Shown piece by piece: positions 10,092 through 19,191 of a stretch of 64,000 nt of DNA (the stretch's first letter is position 1; each line of letters begins with the position of its first letter). Under the pieces are notes generated by a model that did no database searches, was not told the DNA's origin, and worked only from the letters and a program-made list of their open reading frames with translations. A program made the position numbers and the translations under genes. The DNA comes from Candidatus Moraniibacteriota bacterium (GTDB lineage Bacteria > Patescibacteriota > Minisyncoccia > Moranbacterales > UBA1568): NCBI GenBank assembly GCA_049287005.1, contig JBAQEZ010000003.1:181958-245957 (forward strand). Direction: 5' to 3'.

Positions 10092-11423
10092 TTATGAGTA
10101 TTTGAGAAGCATAATGATTTCTATCTCACGGACGATTTTTTCCGCGGTGCTTTTGTTGAGTCCTACGCCTCCAGAGGAAATCTTGCTGTCAAGGCGTTTC
10201 TGGAGTTCGGTTTGGCCAACTTGATTTTCTATGCGGAGTTTGAGCATGGCCTGGAGACGGAGTATTTGTTCGGGGGAAAGGTTGAGATGGAAATGAGTGG
10301 CGAGATATTCTGTAACAGAGAGGATGCCTTCTTGCGCATTTTCTTTGAGTTTTTGCACTTGGCCGAGAATCAGAGCTGTGTGTTGAGTAAATGATTGAGC
10401 GCGCAGCTTGTTCCAACCGGCGCCACCCTCATCGAGAGAGATATCCAGACGCTCTGAAAATGTTGAGAGGTCGATATTATTGAACAGGAGTTCTTTGAGA
10501 AAAGCCTCAGCCATACTGACTTGCTCGTCATTCAACTCAGAGAGGAGGTGTGAGAGGAGCTGTTTCGCCTTGAAAGGTACCAAGAGGATGTCAATCTGTT
10601 GGGGTAGGAGATTTTTGAATGATTCCATGAGCATTTTGAGTTCGAGAGACTCCTTGGATGGTGGCACTATTTCCATACCATCCGAACCTGCCGCGGTGGC
10701 CTCTTTGATTGGGCGTTTTTCCTTGTGCACTTCCTCCTTGATGATGTGCCCATCTTTCATATGAATGACACGATCGGCGTATACCAGATGTTCTGGATTG
10801 TGCGTTACCAAAACGATGGTTTTTTTGTCGACCTCGTTCAGCTCCTTCAGGATTTTGAGTACGTTTTCAGAGCTTTCGCTATCGAGGTTACCGACTGGCT
10901 CGTCCGCGAGAATAATATCGGGGTCATTGATGAGGGAACGGGCGATGGCGACGCGTTGCTTTTGACCGCCAGAGAGTTGGCTGGGAAATTTATCGGCCTG
11001 TTCGACGATGCTGAAACGGCGCAACAGCTGAATGCCGGCTTTTTTCCTGTCGCTGGGGTTTTCACCGCGAAAAATTTTTGGGAGGCAGACATTTTCGAGA
11101 ATATTGAGAGAGGAAATGAGATAGAAAGCCTGAAAAATCATACCGACACCGGTCTGATGGAGATCGAGCTCTTCTGCGCGGGTCATTTTGGAAATGGCCT
11201 TGCCTCGGATATAGACGGTTCCGTATGTGGCGCTCTGCAGTCCGGAAAGGGAATAGAGGAGTGTGGACTTGCCGCAACCGGATGGCCCGTAAATAATGAC
11301 GTATTCGTGCGGATAGATGGTCAGGTTGGTTTCTTCCAATGCGCGCATCTCATTGGATGCTCCCTGGTTGTAGATGACGCGCAGCTTGTCAACGGAAATG
11401 ATGGGATCGATTTGTTCGTTCAT
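10092..11423 (-). CDS. ABC transporter ATP-binding protein (MacB/LolD-like) with a C-terminal extension of about 200 aa of unknown function
   Basis: Walker A GPSGCGKST, signature LSGGQKQRVAIARSL, Walker B ILADEP. It lies 4 nt upstream of the permease, so they form an operon. Confidence 0.9.
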   Translation of the reverse strand: MNEQIDPIISVDKLRVIYNQGASNEMRALEETNLTIYPHEYVIIYGPSGCGKSTLLYSLSGLQSATYGTVYIRGKAISKMTRAEELDLHQTGVGMIFQAFYLISSLNILENVCLPKIFRGENPSDRKKAGIQLLRRFSIVEQADKFPSQLSGGQKQRVAIARSLINDPDIILADEPVGNLDSESSENVLKILKELNEVDKKTIVLVTHNPEHLVYADRVIHMKDGHIIKEEVHKEKRPIKEATAAGSDGMEIVPPSKESLELKMLMESFKNLLPQQIDILLVPFKAKQLLSHLLSELNDEQVSMAEAFLKELLFNNIDLSTFSERLDISLDEGGAGWNKLRAQSFTQHTALILGQVQKLKENAQEGILSVTEYLATHFHLNLSPEQILRLQAMLKLRIENQVGQTELQKRLDSKISSGGVGLNKSTAEKIVREIEIIMLLKYS

Positions 11424-11748
11424 GTTTTTGTTGCCATTTTGCTTTTATCATAGCACAGTTTCCTCCTGAGGATAAAGGGTGTTTCTTCGGCACAGTATGT
11501 CCACGCTCATTGCTTGAGAAAGAAATCCATACTAAAATGACGTAGAGAGGGATTTGATTCGCTCAGAGGGGTATGTATGCGACAACAATCAGTCATTATT
11601 ACGCTGGGGGTCATTCAAATCATCATTTTAACATTATTCGGATTGTATTTTTATCGTTTGGCGCACACGTCTTCTCAGGGTAAGCCGCCAGTGACGATAG
11701 AGAGCGGTCCGTCGCAAGGGGAACAAGAGCCATAATCGATGTGACAAT

Positions 11749-12501
11749 ATGCTGATCGCGCTGCTCAAATTTTTGGATCCGTTGGTCGTCTTGTGTTTTG
11801 AGCTGCATGATTTCGCGAGCAGTTTTATCGCGAAAAATTTTCTTGTGATAAAACGGGGCATGCTGGTAGTCGCTTATCTGAGCTTATTGTGGATTCTGTT
11901 TCCGGAGACGAGAAGAAGTTTCGGGAATGCGGCTGAAGCGATGCTCCTGTTTATTCTGTTCCTGAGCCCGATATCAAAGATTTTCCGTATGCGCCTCTTG
12001 TTTCAGGCGATGGGATTGCGGCGAGAACTGGGCATTCTGATGGGGTGTTTCGCTTTAGTGCACGGAGCGGCATATTTTATTGATCCCGCTTCTTTCTCTT
12101 TCGACATAGCGCCGTATCTGAACACTCATTTTTTTTCCATGCAGCCGCTTTTTTATTTCGGCATCTTTTCGCTCGCACTCACGGTGCCGCTTTTGCTGAC
12201 TTCAAACAACCTCAGTCAGCGTGTTTTGGGCGGAAGAAGATGGAAAATACTGCACCGGATCGTGTATGTGCTTTTGCTGGTCGTGTTGTTGCACGTGCTT
12301 TTCCTCCGGAGCATGCGCGGGGGGTATAGTGTCATAGAGTGGATTCCGCCCATCAGTATTATTTTGGGATATATCTTGCTCAAGGTTCTCGCTTGGAAGA
12401 ATTTTTTGCCCTTCTTGCGTGACGGCATCGCCGATGTTAGCGCACGTTACACAGCGTTTGCTCTCGCGAAGAAGGCCAGGACGCCTTTGCAGGCTCCATA
12501 A
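11749..12501 (+). CDS. Ferric-reductase-like transmembrane domain protein (MsrQ/YedZ-like, heme b)
   Basis: Six TM helices with conserved His residues (GCFALVHGAAYFI; RRWKILHRIVYVLLLVVLLHVLFL), resembling the RLG-x-x-WK-x-LH-x-xVY motif of YedZ/MsrQ. Confidence 0.5.
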   Translation: MLIALLKFLDPLVVLCFELHDFASSFIAKNFLVIKRGMLVVAYLSLLWILFPETRRSFGNAAEAMLLFILFLSPISKIFRMRLLFQAMGLRRELGILMGCFALVHGAAYFIDPASFSFDIAPYLNTHFFSMQPLFYFGIFSLALTVPLLLTSNNLSQRVLGGRRWKILHRIVYVLLLVVLLHVLFLRSMRGGYSVIEWIPPISIILGYILLKVLAWKNFLPFLRDGIADVSARYTAFALAKKARTPLQAP

Positions 12502-12521
12502 TTTTTTATGCAGAGAGGTTT

Positions 12522-13769
12522 ATGGAAACAGTACGATATATGTTGCTCGCAGTGGCTCTGAGCGGAATCCTTCTGATATTTCCGATGGCTTCTTTGGCAC
12601 AGGTGACATCTGGCGGTGCCGCGGATCAGGTGTTGGTCGAAGTGTTTGAACGGCAGGATTGCGCTCATTGCCAGGCGGAAATACAGTATCTGGAGACGCT
12701 GCTTGCGAAGAGAAACGATGTGCGGGTGCAGTATGTCGATATCGGAACCGCCGCGGGAACGGACTTGTTCAATAATTTTACTGAAGCACAGAAACTTTCC
12801 AAGGCCACGCCGATCACGGTGATTGGCGCGACTGTCTTGCAGGGGTTTGATTCAGAAAGAACAACGGGTAAACGCATAGAAAGTTTGATTGATGCGAATA
12901 AGAGTAAACCTGGTATCGGTATCGCAGGCTTGCTATCCGGACAAATGAGTGACATTGAAAAGACCAGGGGAGCGATCTGCGACAGTACGACGGGTATCTG
13001 TACGATGCCAGCACCGGAACCCCTGTTCGTGACGATCCCCTTTACGAGCAAGACTATCGATGCGGCGCAGTATTCGCTGCCAATACTTTCGGGTGTTCTG
13101 GGATTGATCGACGGCTTCAACCCATGCGCCATGTGGGTCTTGGTGACATTTCTCATCGTCCTCGTTCAGATGGGATCGCGCCGCCGCATGTGGACGGTAG
13201 CTGGCCTGTTCATTATCGCGGAGACAGTCATGTATTACTTGATCTTAAACGTCTGGTTTACGACATGGGATTTTGTCGGACTGGATCGTTTTGTAACGCC
13301 GATCGTAGGCATCGTGTCTATCGGAGGAGGACTGTTTTTCCTGTATGAGTGGTATCACTCTGATGGTACTTGCGAAGTGGTGGGTCTCGAAGGACGGGCG
13401 AAAATTTCCGGCCGTATCAAGAAGCTGGCTAGCGAGCCATTCACATGGCTGACCGCTATCGGGGTGGTTGCTTTGGCCTTTTCGGTGAACGTAATCGAAT
13501 TTGCCTGTTCTATCGGTATTCCGCAGGCGTTTACCAAAATTATCCAAATGAATGATTTGAACTTTTGGCAAACGCAGGGCTATATGATGGATTACATTTT
13601 TTTCTATATGATCGACGATTTCCTAGTGTTCGGATTGGCACTCTGGGGCTTTGACAAGCTGCACCTGACGCAATCCTATTCGAAGTGGTCGAATTTGATC
13701 GGCGGTATACTCATGCTGATTCTCGGCTATCTCCTTATTTTTCATCCGGCAGCGCTCCGTTTTGTTTGA
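12522..13769 (+). CDS. Fusion of a thioredoxin-fold (CxxC) domain to a polytopic membrane domain; DsbD/CcdA-like thiol-disulfide membrane oxidoreductase candidate
   Basis: Signal peptide, then a Trx-like region carrying CAHC. The membrane domain carries conserved Cys in GFNPCAMWVL and EFACSIGIP. Confidence 0.5.
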   Translation: METVRYMLLAVALSGILLIFPMASLAQVTSGGAADQVLVEVFERQDCAHCQAEIQYLETLLAKRNDVRVQYVDIGTAAGTDLFNNFTEAQKLSKATPITVIGATVLQGFDSERTTGKRIESLIDANKSKPGIGIAGLLSGQMSDIEKTRGAICDSTTGICTMPAPEPLFVTIPFTSKTIDAAQYSLPILSGVLGLIDGFNPCAMWVLVTFLIVLVQMGSRRRMWTVAGLFIIAETVMYYLILNVWFTTWDFVGLDRFVTPIVGIVSIGGGLFFLYEWYHSDGTCEVVGLEGRAKISGRIKKLASEPFTWLTAIGVVALAFSVNVIEFACSIGIPQAFTKIIQMNDLNFWQTQGYMMDYIFFYMIDDFLVFGLALWGFDKLHLTQSYSKWSNLIGGILMLILGYLLIFHPAALRFV

Positions 13770-13793
13770 ACGTAGGCCAATAATCTGGTATAA

Positions 13794-14672
13794 TTGTCGA
13801 GTAATAATGTGTTAATGAAAAATGCTATGGAAACAGGTGATATGTCTCCTCAGGAGGGAACAGGAGAAAAGAGGTTCGGCAAGGACGCCTTGCTCGTTGC
13901 CGGGGCGGTGCTTTTAGCCGGCTTGATTATTGCGGGATCTGTTGTCGCGGCGACACAAAAGCTGTCATCTCCATCCGTAACGACCGCTCAACCGGCAGCG
14001 GCACCGACAGCTGATAAAGGAGCTCAGCAACCATCCGACCCGAGCGTTACCCTTGATCAAATAAAGGGTCTGTTCAATGGTAAGAATATTTCATTCGGCA
14101 AGAAAGACAGCAAGGTGCTGTTTGTCGAGTTCAGTGATCCGAGCTGCCCATTTTGTCAGGTAGCCGCCGGAAAAAATCCAAACCTCAACAAGCAAATAGG
14201 TGCGCAGTTCACTCTGGTGAGTGACGGAGGTTCATATGTGGCTCCGGTACCGGAAATGAGAAAGCTGGTAGACGCCGGCAAGGCCGCGTTCGTATGGATC
14301 TATACGAATGGACACGGCAACGGTGAAATGGGAACAAAAGCCTTGTATTGCGCTCAGGAGAAAAAGAAATTTTGGGAAGTCCATGATTTGCTCATGAGTG
14401 AAGCCGGGTACAACATGATGAATACCGATGTGAAGAATGACAAGACCAAGTCCGGCGTTGTGGCAGACTTCTTGAAAAACGCGGTGAGCGCCAGCGATAT
14501 GAAATCCTGCCTGGATAGCGGCAAGTACGATAGTCGTATCGTAGAGGACACGGCCACAGCTAGCCAATTCGGCCTGAGCGGTACCCCGAAATTTTTCATC
14601 AACACCGAAAACTTCAAGGGAGCGTACAGCTTCAAAGACATGCAAGCCAGCGTCGATAAGTATCTCAAGTAA
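13794..14672 (+). CDS. DsbA-family thiol:disulfide oxidoreductase, membrane-anchored
   Basis: N-terminal TM, then FVEFSDPSCPFCQ (CPFC active site). A second conserved region runs FWEVHDLLMS ... GTPKFFIN, including the cis-Pro. Confidence 0.65.
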   Translation: MSSNNVLMKNAMETGDMSPQEGTGEKRFGKDALLVAGAVLLAGLIIAGSVVAATQKLSSPSVTTAQPAAAPTADKGAQQPSDPSVTLDQIKGLFNGKNISFGKKDSKVLFVEFSDPSCPFCQVAAGKNPNLNKQIGAQFTLVSDGGSYVAPVPEMRKLVDAGKAAFVWIYTNGHGNGEMGTKALYCAQEKKKFWEVHDLLMSEAGYNMMNTDVKNDKTKSGVVADFLKNAVSASDMKSCLDSGKYDSRIVEDTATASQFGLSGTPKFFINTENFKGAYSFKDMQASVDKYLK

Positions 14673-14795
14673 ACCGTGGCTTTACGGGTTCTGAGAAAAG
14701 AGGGCCTTTGCGACCAGCAGAGGCTTTTCTTTTTTGGTATACTGTAAGTAGTAGAATAATTTGGACGTGAAACGTCCAAATGTCAAATATATTGT

Positions 14796-16334
14796 ATGTC
14801 TCTTCTCAATCAACTGAGGGAATGGCGGAACAGTCAGGCGCGCACCGAAGGCGTGGAAACATTTCGTGTTTTTCCGAACGCTGTTTTGGACGCGCTCGTC
14901 GGCACCCTCCCTCAGAACAAAGAAGAGATGCTTGTTATCAAGGGTATCAAGGAAGCGAAGTATCGGAAATATGGAGCCGCTCTTTTGAAGATTCTTTCGG
15001 AACAGACGCCCTCTGGAAAAAAATCACCCGGCACCGCTCACTTGGAGGTTCAGCCTCCAAGTTATAGGGAAGACGGGAAAAAGGAAGATGAAGACCCGAC
15101 TCTTTCAGTGAGCCAGTTCCTTGATGGATTGAATACGGAGCTGTCCGGTATGGCAGCGCGTGTGCAGGGGGAAGTATCGAGCGTAGATGAGCGGGAACGC
15201 GTGGTCTATTTCACCATCAAAGATAGCAAGGATGAGAGCACTCTCAACTGTCTCATTTTCCGTTATCAGTATGATATTTCCGGAGTGAAAATCGCTCTTG
15301 GAGATGAGATTATCGTCGAGGGGAGTCCGGAGATTTACAAACTGAGCGGACGCTTGAGCCTGAAAGTCGGCGTGATAGAATTGTTCGGCGAGGGGGCGCT
15401 CAAGAAAGCCTATGAAATGCTTCGCTTGAAACTCGAACAGGAGGGATTGTTCGCGCCCGAAAGAAAGCGGGTCTTGCCGGAATTTCCGGAACGCATCGCG
15501 CTCATTACCTCGGAGCAGGGCGCGGCCATCGGAGATTTCACGATGAACCTCGGCGCGCAGGGTTTCCGCGTCACGTTTTATCCGACGAGCGTGGAAGGAA
15601 AAAAGGCGGTGTTTGAAATTATCAAAGCCGTACGGTATTTCAATCGGCATCCTGAAAAGTACGATGTACTCGTTATCGTGCGGGGTGGCGGCAGCCTAGA
15701 GAGCCTGCAAGCATTCAATAACGAAACCTTGGTGCGCGAGGTGGCAGAGTCGCGGATCCCGACGCTTTTGGGCGTCGGTCATGAAAAGGATATCACTCTG
15801 GCCGCCTTGGTTGCCGATATGATGGTGTCGACGCCGACGGCGACGGCCAAGCAGCTGCGCTTCCATTTTGACGAGGCCAGACACTCGGTGCGTCATTTCG
15901 AAGTACAGTTGCCGACGCTGTTTCGCCAGCAGCTTTCGGATGTCAGAAATAGGCTCGCCTCAGATAGCGAAGTCCTGCTCGGCCATTTGCATTCCTTCCG
16001 GGAATTGGTGACGACGCTGCGTCAGGATCTGGTAGAGAGACTGTTTCTTGTCCAGGCTCTCATAGAGGGAAAAATCGAACTCTTGAGGCAAGGGAGAAAG
16101 AGTTTGATGAATGGATTTGGAGCTCTTTTTGAGCGGATCACGGAGCGGATCAAGCATAGCGGCGAACGTCTGGAACAATACGATCCGACGCGCGTTCTCA
16201 AGCTCGGGTATAGTCTGGTGAGGAAAGGCACGCAGGTCGTAAAAAGTATCTCAGACGTGAAGATCGGTGATATACTGAGCATACAACTCAGTCATGGTAA
16301 GTTGAATGCAACAGTAGAAGAAATAATTAAATAG
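14796..16334 (+). CDS. xseA: Exodeoxyribonuclease VII large subunit carrying an N-terminal HRDC-like domain
   Basis: XseA core: OB-fold region VVYFTIKDSKDESTLNCLIFRYQY, catalytic region VIVRGGGSLESLQAFNNE ... LLGVGHEKD. Residues 1-70 resemble HRDC (LREWRNSQARTEGVETFRVFPNAVLDALVGTLPQNKEEMLVIKGIKEAKYRKYGAALLKI). Confidence 0.85.
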   Translation: MSLLNQLREWRNSQARTEGVETFRVFPNAVLDALVGTLPQNKEEMLVIKGIKEAKYRKYGAALLKILSEQTPSGKKSPGTAHLEVQPPSYREDGKKEDEDPTLSVSQFLDGLNTELSGMAARVQGEVSSVDERERVVYFTIKDSKDESTLNCLIFRYQYDISGVKIALGDEIIVEGSPEIYKLSGRLSLKVGVIELFGEGALKKAYEMLRLKLEQEGLFAPERKRVLPEFPERIALITSEQGAAIGDFTMNLGAQGFRVTFYPTSVEGKKAVFEIIKAVRYFNRHPEKYDVLVIVRGGGSLESLQAFNNETLVREVAESRIPTLLGVGHEKDITLAALVADMMVSTPTATAKQLRFHFDEARHSVRHFEVQLPTLFRQQLSDVRNRLASDSEVLLGHLHSFRELVTTLRQDLVERLFLVQALIEGKIELLRQGRKSLMNGFGALFERITERIKHSGERLEQYDPTRVLKLGYSLVRKGTQVVKSISDVKIGDILSIQLSHGKLNATVEEIIK

Positions 16335-16344
16335 CACGACTCTT

Positions 16345-16545
16345 ATGGCGAAGGTAAATTTGAGCGACTCTCTGAAGAAAGTGCAGGAAATCATCCGCTG
16401 GTTCGATAATCAGGAAGAGGTGGACGTGGAAAAAGGATTGGAAAAAATCAGAGAGGGCACGGTCCTGATCAAAGAGAGTCGCACGCGCCTGAAAGAAATC
16501 GAAAACGAATTCGAAGTGGTGAAAAAAGAACTCGAAAAAGAATAG
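16345..16545 (+). CDS. xseB: Exodeoxyribonuclease VII small subunit
   Basis: 66-aa helical protein lying 10 nt downstream of xseA; matches XseB-like features (EKGLEKIREGTVLIKESRTRLKEIENE). Confidence 0.8.
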   Translation: MAKVNLSDSLKKVQEIIRWFDNQEEVDVEKGLEKIREGTVLIKESRTRLKEIENEFEVVKKELEKE

Positions 16546-16588
16546 GGCGTGGTATAATCGAAACACAAACAAAAACATACAGGAGGGT

Positions 16589-18295
16589 ATGAAACATTTT
16601 TCAGGTGATATTTCTTTGGTTTTGGGCGGAGCGGCCGGGATGGGCGTGCAGACCGTCGAGGCGCTTCTGGTGCAGGTGCTCAAACGTGAAGGCTACCATG
16701 TTTTCGCGAGCAAGGAGTACATGTCTCGCATCCGCGGCGGGAGCAATTCGACAGAAATCCGGATTACTAATAAAAAGCGCGCCGCCTTCGTCAAGCGGAT
16801 CGATTTTCTGTTCGCTATGGACAAAGATGTGATACCGCATCTGGAGAAGCGTATCAGTAAGCAGACGATTCTCCTGGGCGAACGCGAAAAAATAGCCAGT
16901 ATTGACGGGCAGCACCAGATAATCGATGTGCCCTTCACGCGTTTTGCCAGCGAATTGGGTAATCCGATTTATACCAGCACGGTAGCGGTAGGGGTGGCAC
17001 TCGGCATCTTGCAGGCCGATGAAAAAGTGTTCGAAACCTACCTGCGGGAGCATTTCGTCCGCAAGGGCGGAGAAGTCGTGCAAAAAAATATCGAAGCCGG
17101 AGCGAAGGGGTATATGTTCGGCAAGCATATTGCCTACAACGAAGGCATCGAAGTGAATCTGGCCAAAAGCAAGGCCGTGGAACAGGAGATTTTATTGGAT
17201 GGGAATGATGCCCTGGGATTAGGCGTGTTGGCGGCCGGTTGCAACTATATTTCCTCGTATCCGATGTCGCCCGGGACGGGACTGCTCGCTTTTTTGGCAG
17301 AGCACGGTAAAGCCTGCGGCGTGGTGGTGGATCAGGCGGAAGATGAGATCGCGGCCATCAATCAGGGTATCGGAGCTTGGTATGCTGGAGCGCGAGCGAT
17401 CGTGACGACCTCGGGCGGCGGTTTTGATCTGATGGTGGAAGGAGTGAGCCTCGCGGGGATGATAGAAACACCGATCGTCGTGCATATCGGTCAACGTCCG
17501 GGTCCGGCGACGGGGCTCCCGACACGTACCGAACAAGCTGATCTCAACCTGGTTTTGTACGCCGGACACGGAGAGTTCCCGCGGGCTATTTTTGCTCCAG
17601 GCACTCCTGAGGAAGCGTTTTTGGTGGCGCAACAAGCATTTCATATCGCTGACAAGTATCAGATCCCGGTGTTTATTCTGACGGATCAGTACTTTTTGGA
17701 TTCTCTCCGGAGTTTTTCTCGCAAGAACCTGCGCATGTTGCCGCCGAAAAATTTCATCATCAAAACGACAGCGGATTATCAGCGTTATGCCCTGGCCGCG
17801 GACGGCGTTTCTCCGCGGGGCGTGCCGGGATACGGTGCGGGGCTGGTGGGTGTCGACAGCGATGAGCATGACGAGGCGGCACACATCACGGAAAGCGCGG
17901 AGATGCGTGTGGCGATGCACGAAAAACGATTGCGGAAAATGGTGAAGATCCGCGAAGAAACCTTCACGCCGACGGAGATCGGAGACGTGAAGCATGCGGA
18001 CACGGTCGTCGTGTCATGGGGATCCAATCGTGGTGTGCTGGAAGAGGCACTGGAAACGGTGGGGCACGAAGGTATTGCCGGGTTGCATTTCCATCAGGTG
18101 TATCCGCTGCCGGCAGAAGCGAAGAAACTGCTCACGAAGAAAAAAGTTGTGGTGATGGAAAACAATGCCGGCGGGCAGTTTGCTAATCTTCTCAGGCTCG
18201 AATACGGTATCAAAGTGACAGAAAACATTTTACAGTATAATGGCGATCCGTTTTCCGTGGAGGAATTAATCGCACAGCTGAAGAAGCTTTTGTAA
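16589..18295 (+). CDS. korA: 2-oxoacid:ferredoxin oxidoreductase alpha subunit (gamma-alpha fusion)
   Basis: N-terminal gamma-like domain (GGAAGMGVQT ... RIRGGSNSTEIRI). Alpha domain GNDALGLGVLAAGCNYISSYPMSPGTG ... ETPIVVHIGQRPGPATGLPT. Confidence 0.85.
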   Translation: MKHFSGDISLVLGGAAGMGVQTVEALLVQVLKREGYHVFASKEYMSRIRGGSNSTEIRITNKKRAAFVKRIDFLFAMDKDVIPHLEKRISKQTILLGEREKIASIDGQHQIIDVPFTRFASELGNPIYTSTVAVGVALGILQADEKVFETYLREHFVRKGGEVVQKNIEAGAKGYMFGKHIAYNEGIEVNLAKSKAVEQEILLDGNDALGLGVLAAGCNYISSYPMSPGTGLLAFLAEHGKACGVVVDQAEDEIAAINQGIGAWYAGARAIVTTSGGGFDLMVEGVSLAGMIETPIVVHIGQRPGPATGLPTRTEQADLNLVLYAGHGEFPRAIFAPGTPEEAFLVAQQAFHIADKYQIPVFILTDQYFLDSLRSFSRKNLRMLPPKNFIIKTTADYQRYALAADGVSPRGVPGYGAGLVGVDSDEHDEAAHITESAEMRVAMHEKRLRKMVKIREETFTPTEIGDVKHADTVVVSWGSNRGVLEEALETVGHEGIAGLHFHQVYPLPAEAKKLLTKKKVVVMENNAGGQFANLLRLEYGIKVTENILQYNGDPFSVEELIAQLKKLL

Positions 18296-18296
18296 G

Positions 18297-19163
18297 TTGG
18301 AACCTATGCTTGATAAGAAAATATACGATATGCCGAGGGGGACGGATATGGCCTGGTGTCCAGGCTGTGGCAATTTTCCTATTTTGAATATCGTGAAGAT
18401 GGCCCTGGCGGAGCTGGATATACCGCCAGAGGATGCGGTCATCTGTTCCGGTATCGGCCAGGCTGCCAAGACACCGCATTATCTGCGCGTCAACTATTTC
18501 AACGGTCTGCATGGCCGGGCTTTACCTCCGGCCATCGCCATCAAGGTGGCCAATCCGCGCTTGACCGTCATCGCTGAGAGCGGTGATGGGGATACGTATG
18601 GCGAGGGTGGCAACCATTTCATCCATACCATCCGTCGCAACCCGGACATCACGAGCATCGTCCATGATAATATGATCTATGGCCTTACCAAGGGTCAGGC
18701 TTCGCCGACCAGCGAGAAGGGCCTGAAGAATCCTATCCAGAAAGACGGCGTCATCGTGGATCAATTCAATCCTCTGGCCGTCGCACTCTCGCTCGATGCC
18801 ACGTTCGTGGCCCGCGCCTTCACGGGGGACATTGTGCAGAGCAAAGAAATCATCAAAGCGGCCATCCTCCACAAAGGCTATGCTCTCGTCGATGTCTTCC
18901 AGCCGTGCGTGGTGTTCAATAAGCAGAATACCTATCAGTGGTTCAAAGACAAGGGCTACTACGTGGATGAAAGCCACGACAAGGGAGACAAGATGAAGGC
19001 GCTGTCACTGGCTTTCGATCTCGAGCGTTTGGCACTCGGCATCATCTATCAGCGCGAGGGCAAACCCACCTATGAAACACTCATCCGCGAGGGCAGCGAG
19101 CCGCTCTATAAAAGCACATTGGATAAACGGGCTTTGGACGCCTTGATCGATACCTATCAGTAA
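18297..19163 (+). CDS. korB: 2-oxoacid:ferredoxin oxidoreductase beta subunit (TPP-binding)
   Basis: WCPGCGNF, and TPP motif SGDGDTYGEGGNHFIHTIRRNPDITSIVHDNMIYGLTKGQ. Its start abuts the korA stop. Confidence 0.85.
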   Translation: MEPMLDKKIYDMPRGTDMAWCPGCGNFPILNIVKMALAELDIPPEDAVICSGIGQAAKTPHYLRVNYFNGLHGRALPPAIAIKVANPRLTVIAESGDGDTYGEGGNHFIHTIRRNPDITSIVHDNMIYGLTKGQASPTSEKGLKNPIQKDGVIVDQFNPLAVALSLDATFVARAFTGDIVQSKEIIKAAILHKGYALVDVFQPCVVFNKQNTYQWFKDKGYYVDESHDKGDKMKALSLAFDLERLALGIIYQREGKPTYETLIREGSEPLYKSTLDKRALDALIDTYQ

Positions 19164-19164
19164 C

Positions 19165-19191
19165 AAAAAACCGCTCAGAGAGCGGTTTTTG
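19165..19191. terminator. Bidirectional rho-independent terminator between the convergent korB and DUF59 genes
   Basis: aaaaaaCCGCTcagagAGCGGttttt. Confidence 0.75.

Noticed and set aside
10725-11453. Long antisense ORFs opposite well-supported genes: 10725-11453, 20538-21533, 22987-23682, 23648-24424, 33010-33867, 41215-42024, 60485-61075, 62755-63489, 15105-15650, 17219-17995, 57553-58191
   Set aside because: All lie antisense to genes with unambiguous conserved motifs. Their translations are low-complexity or Arg-rich, as expected for shadow ORFs.
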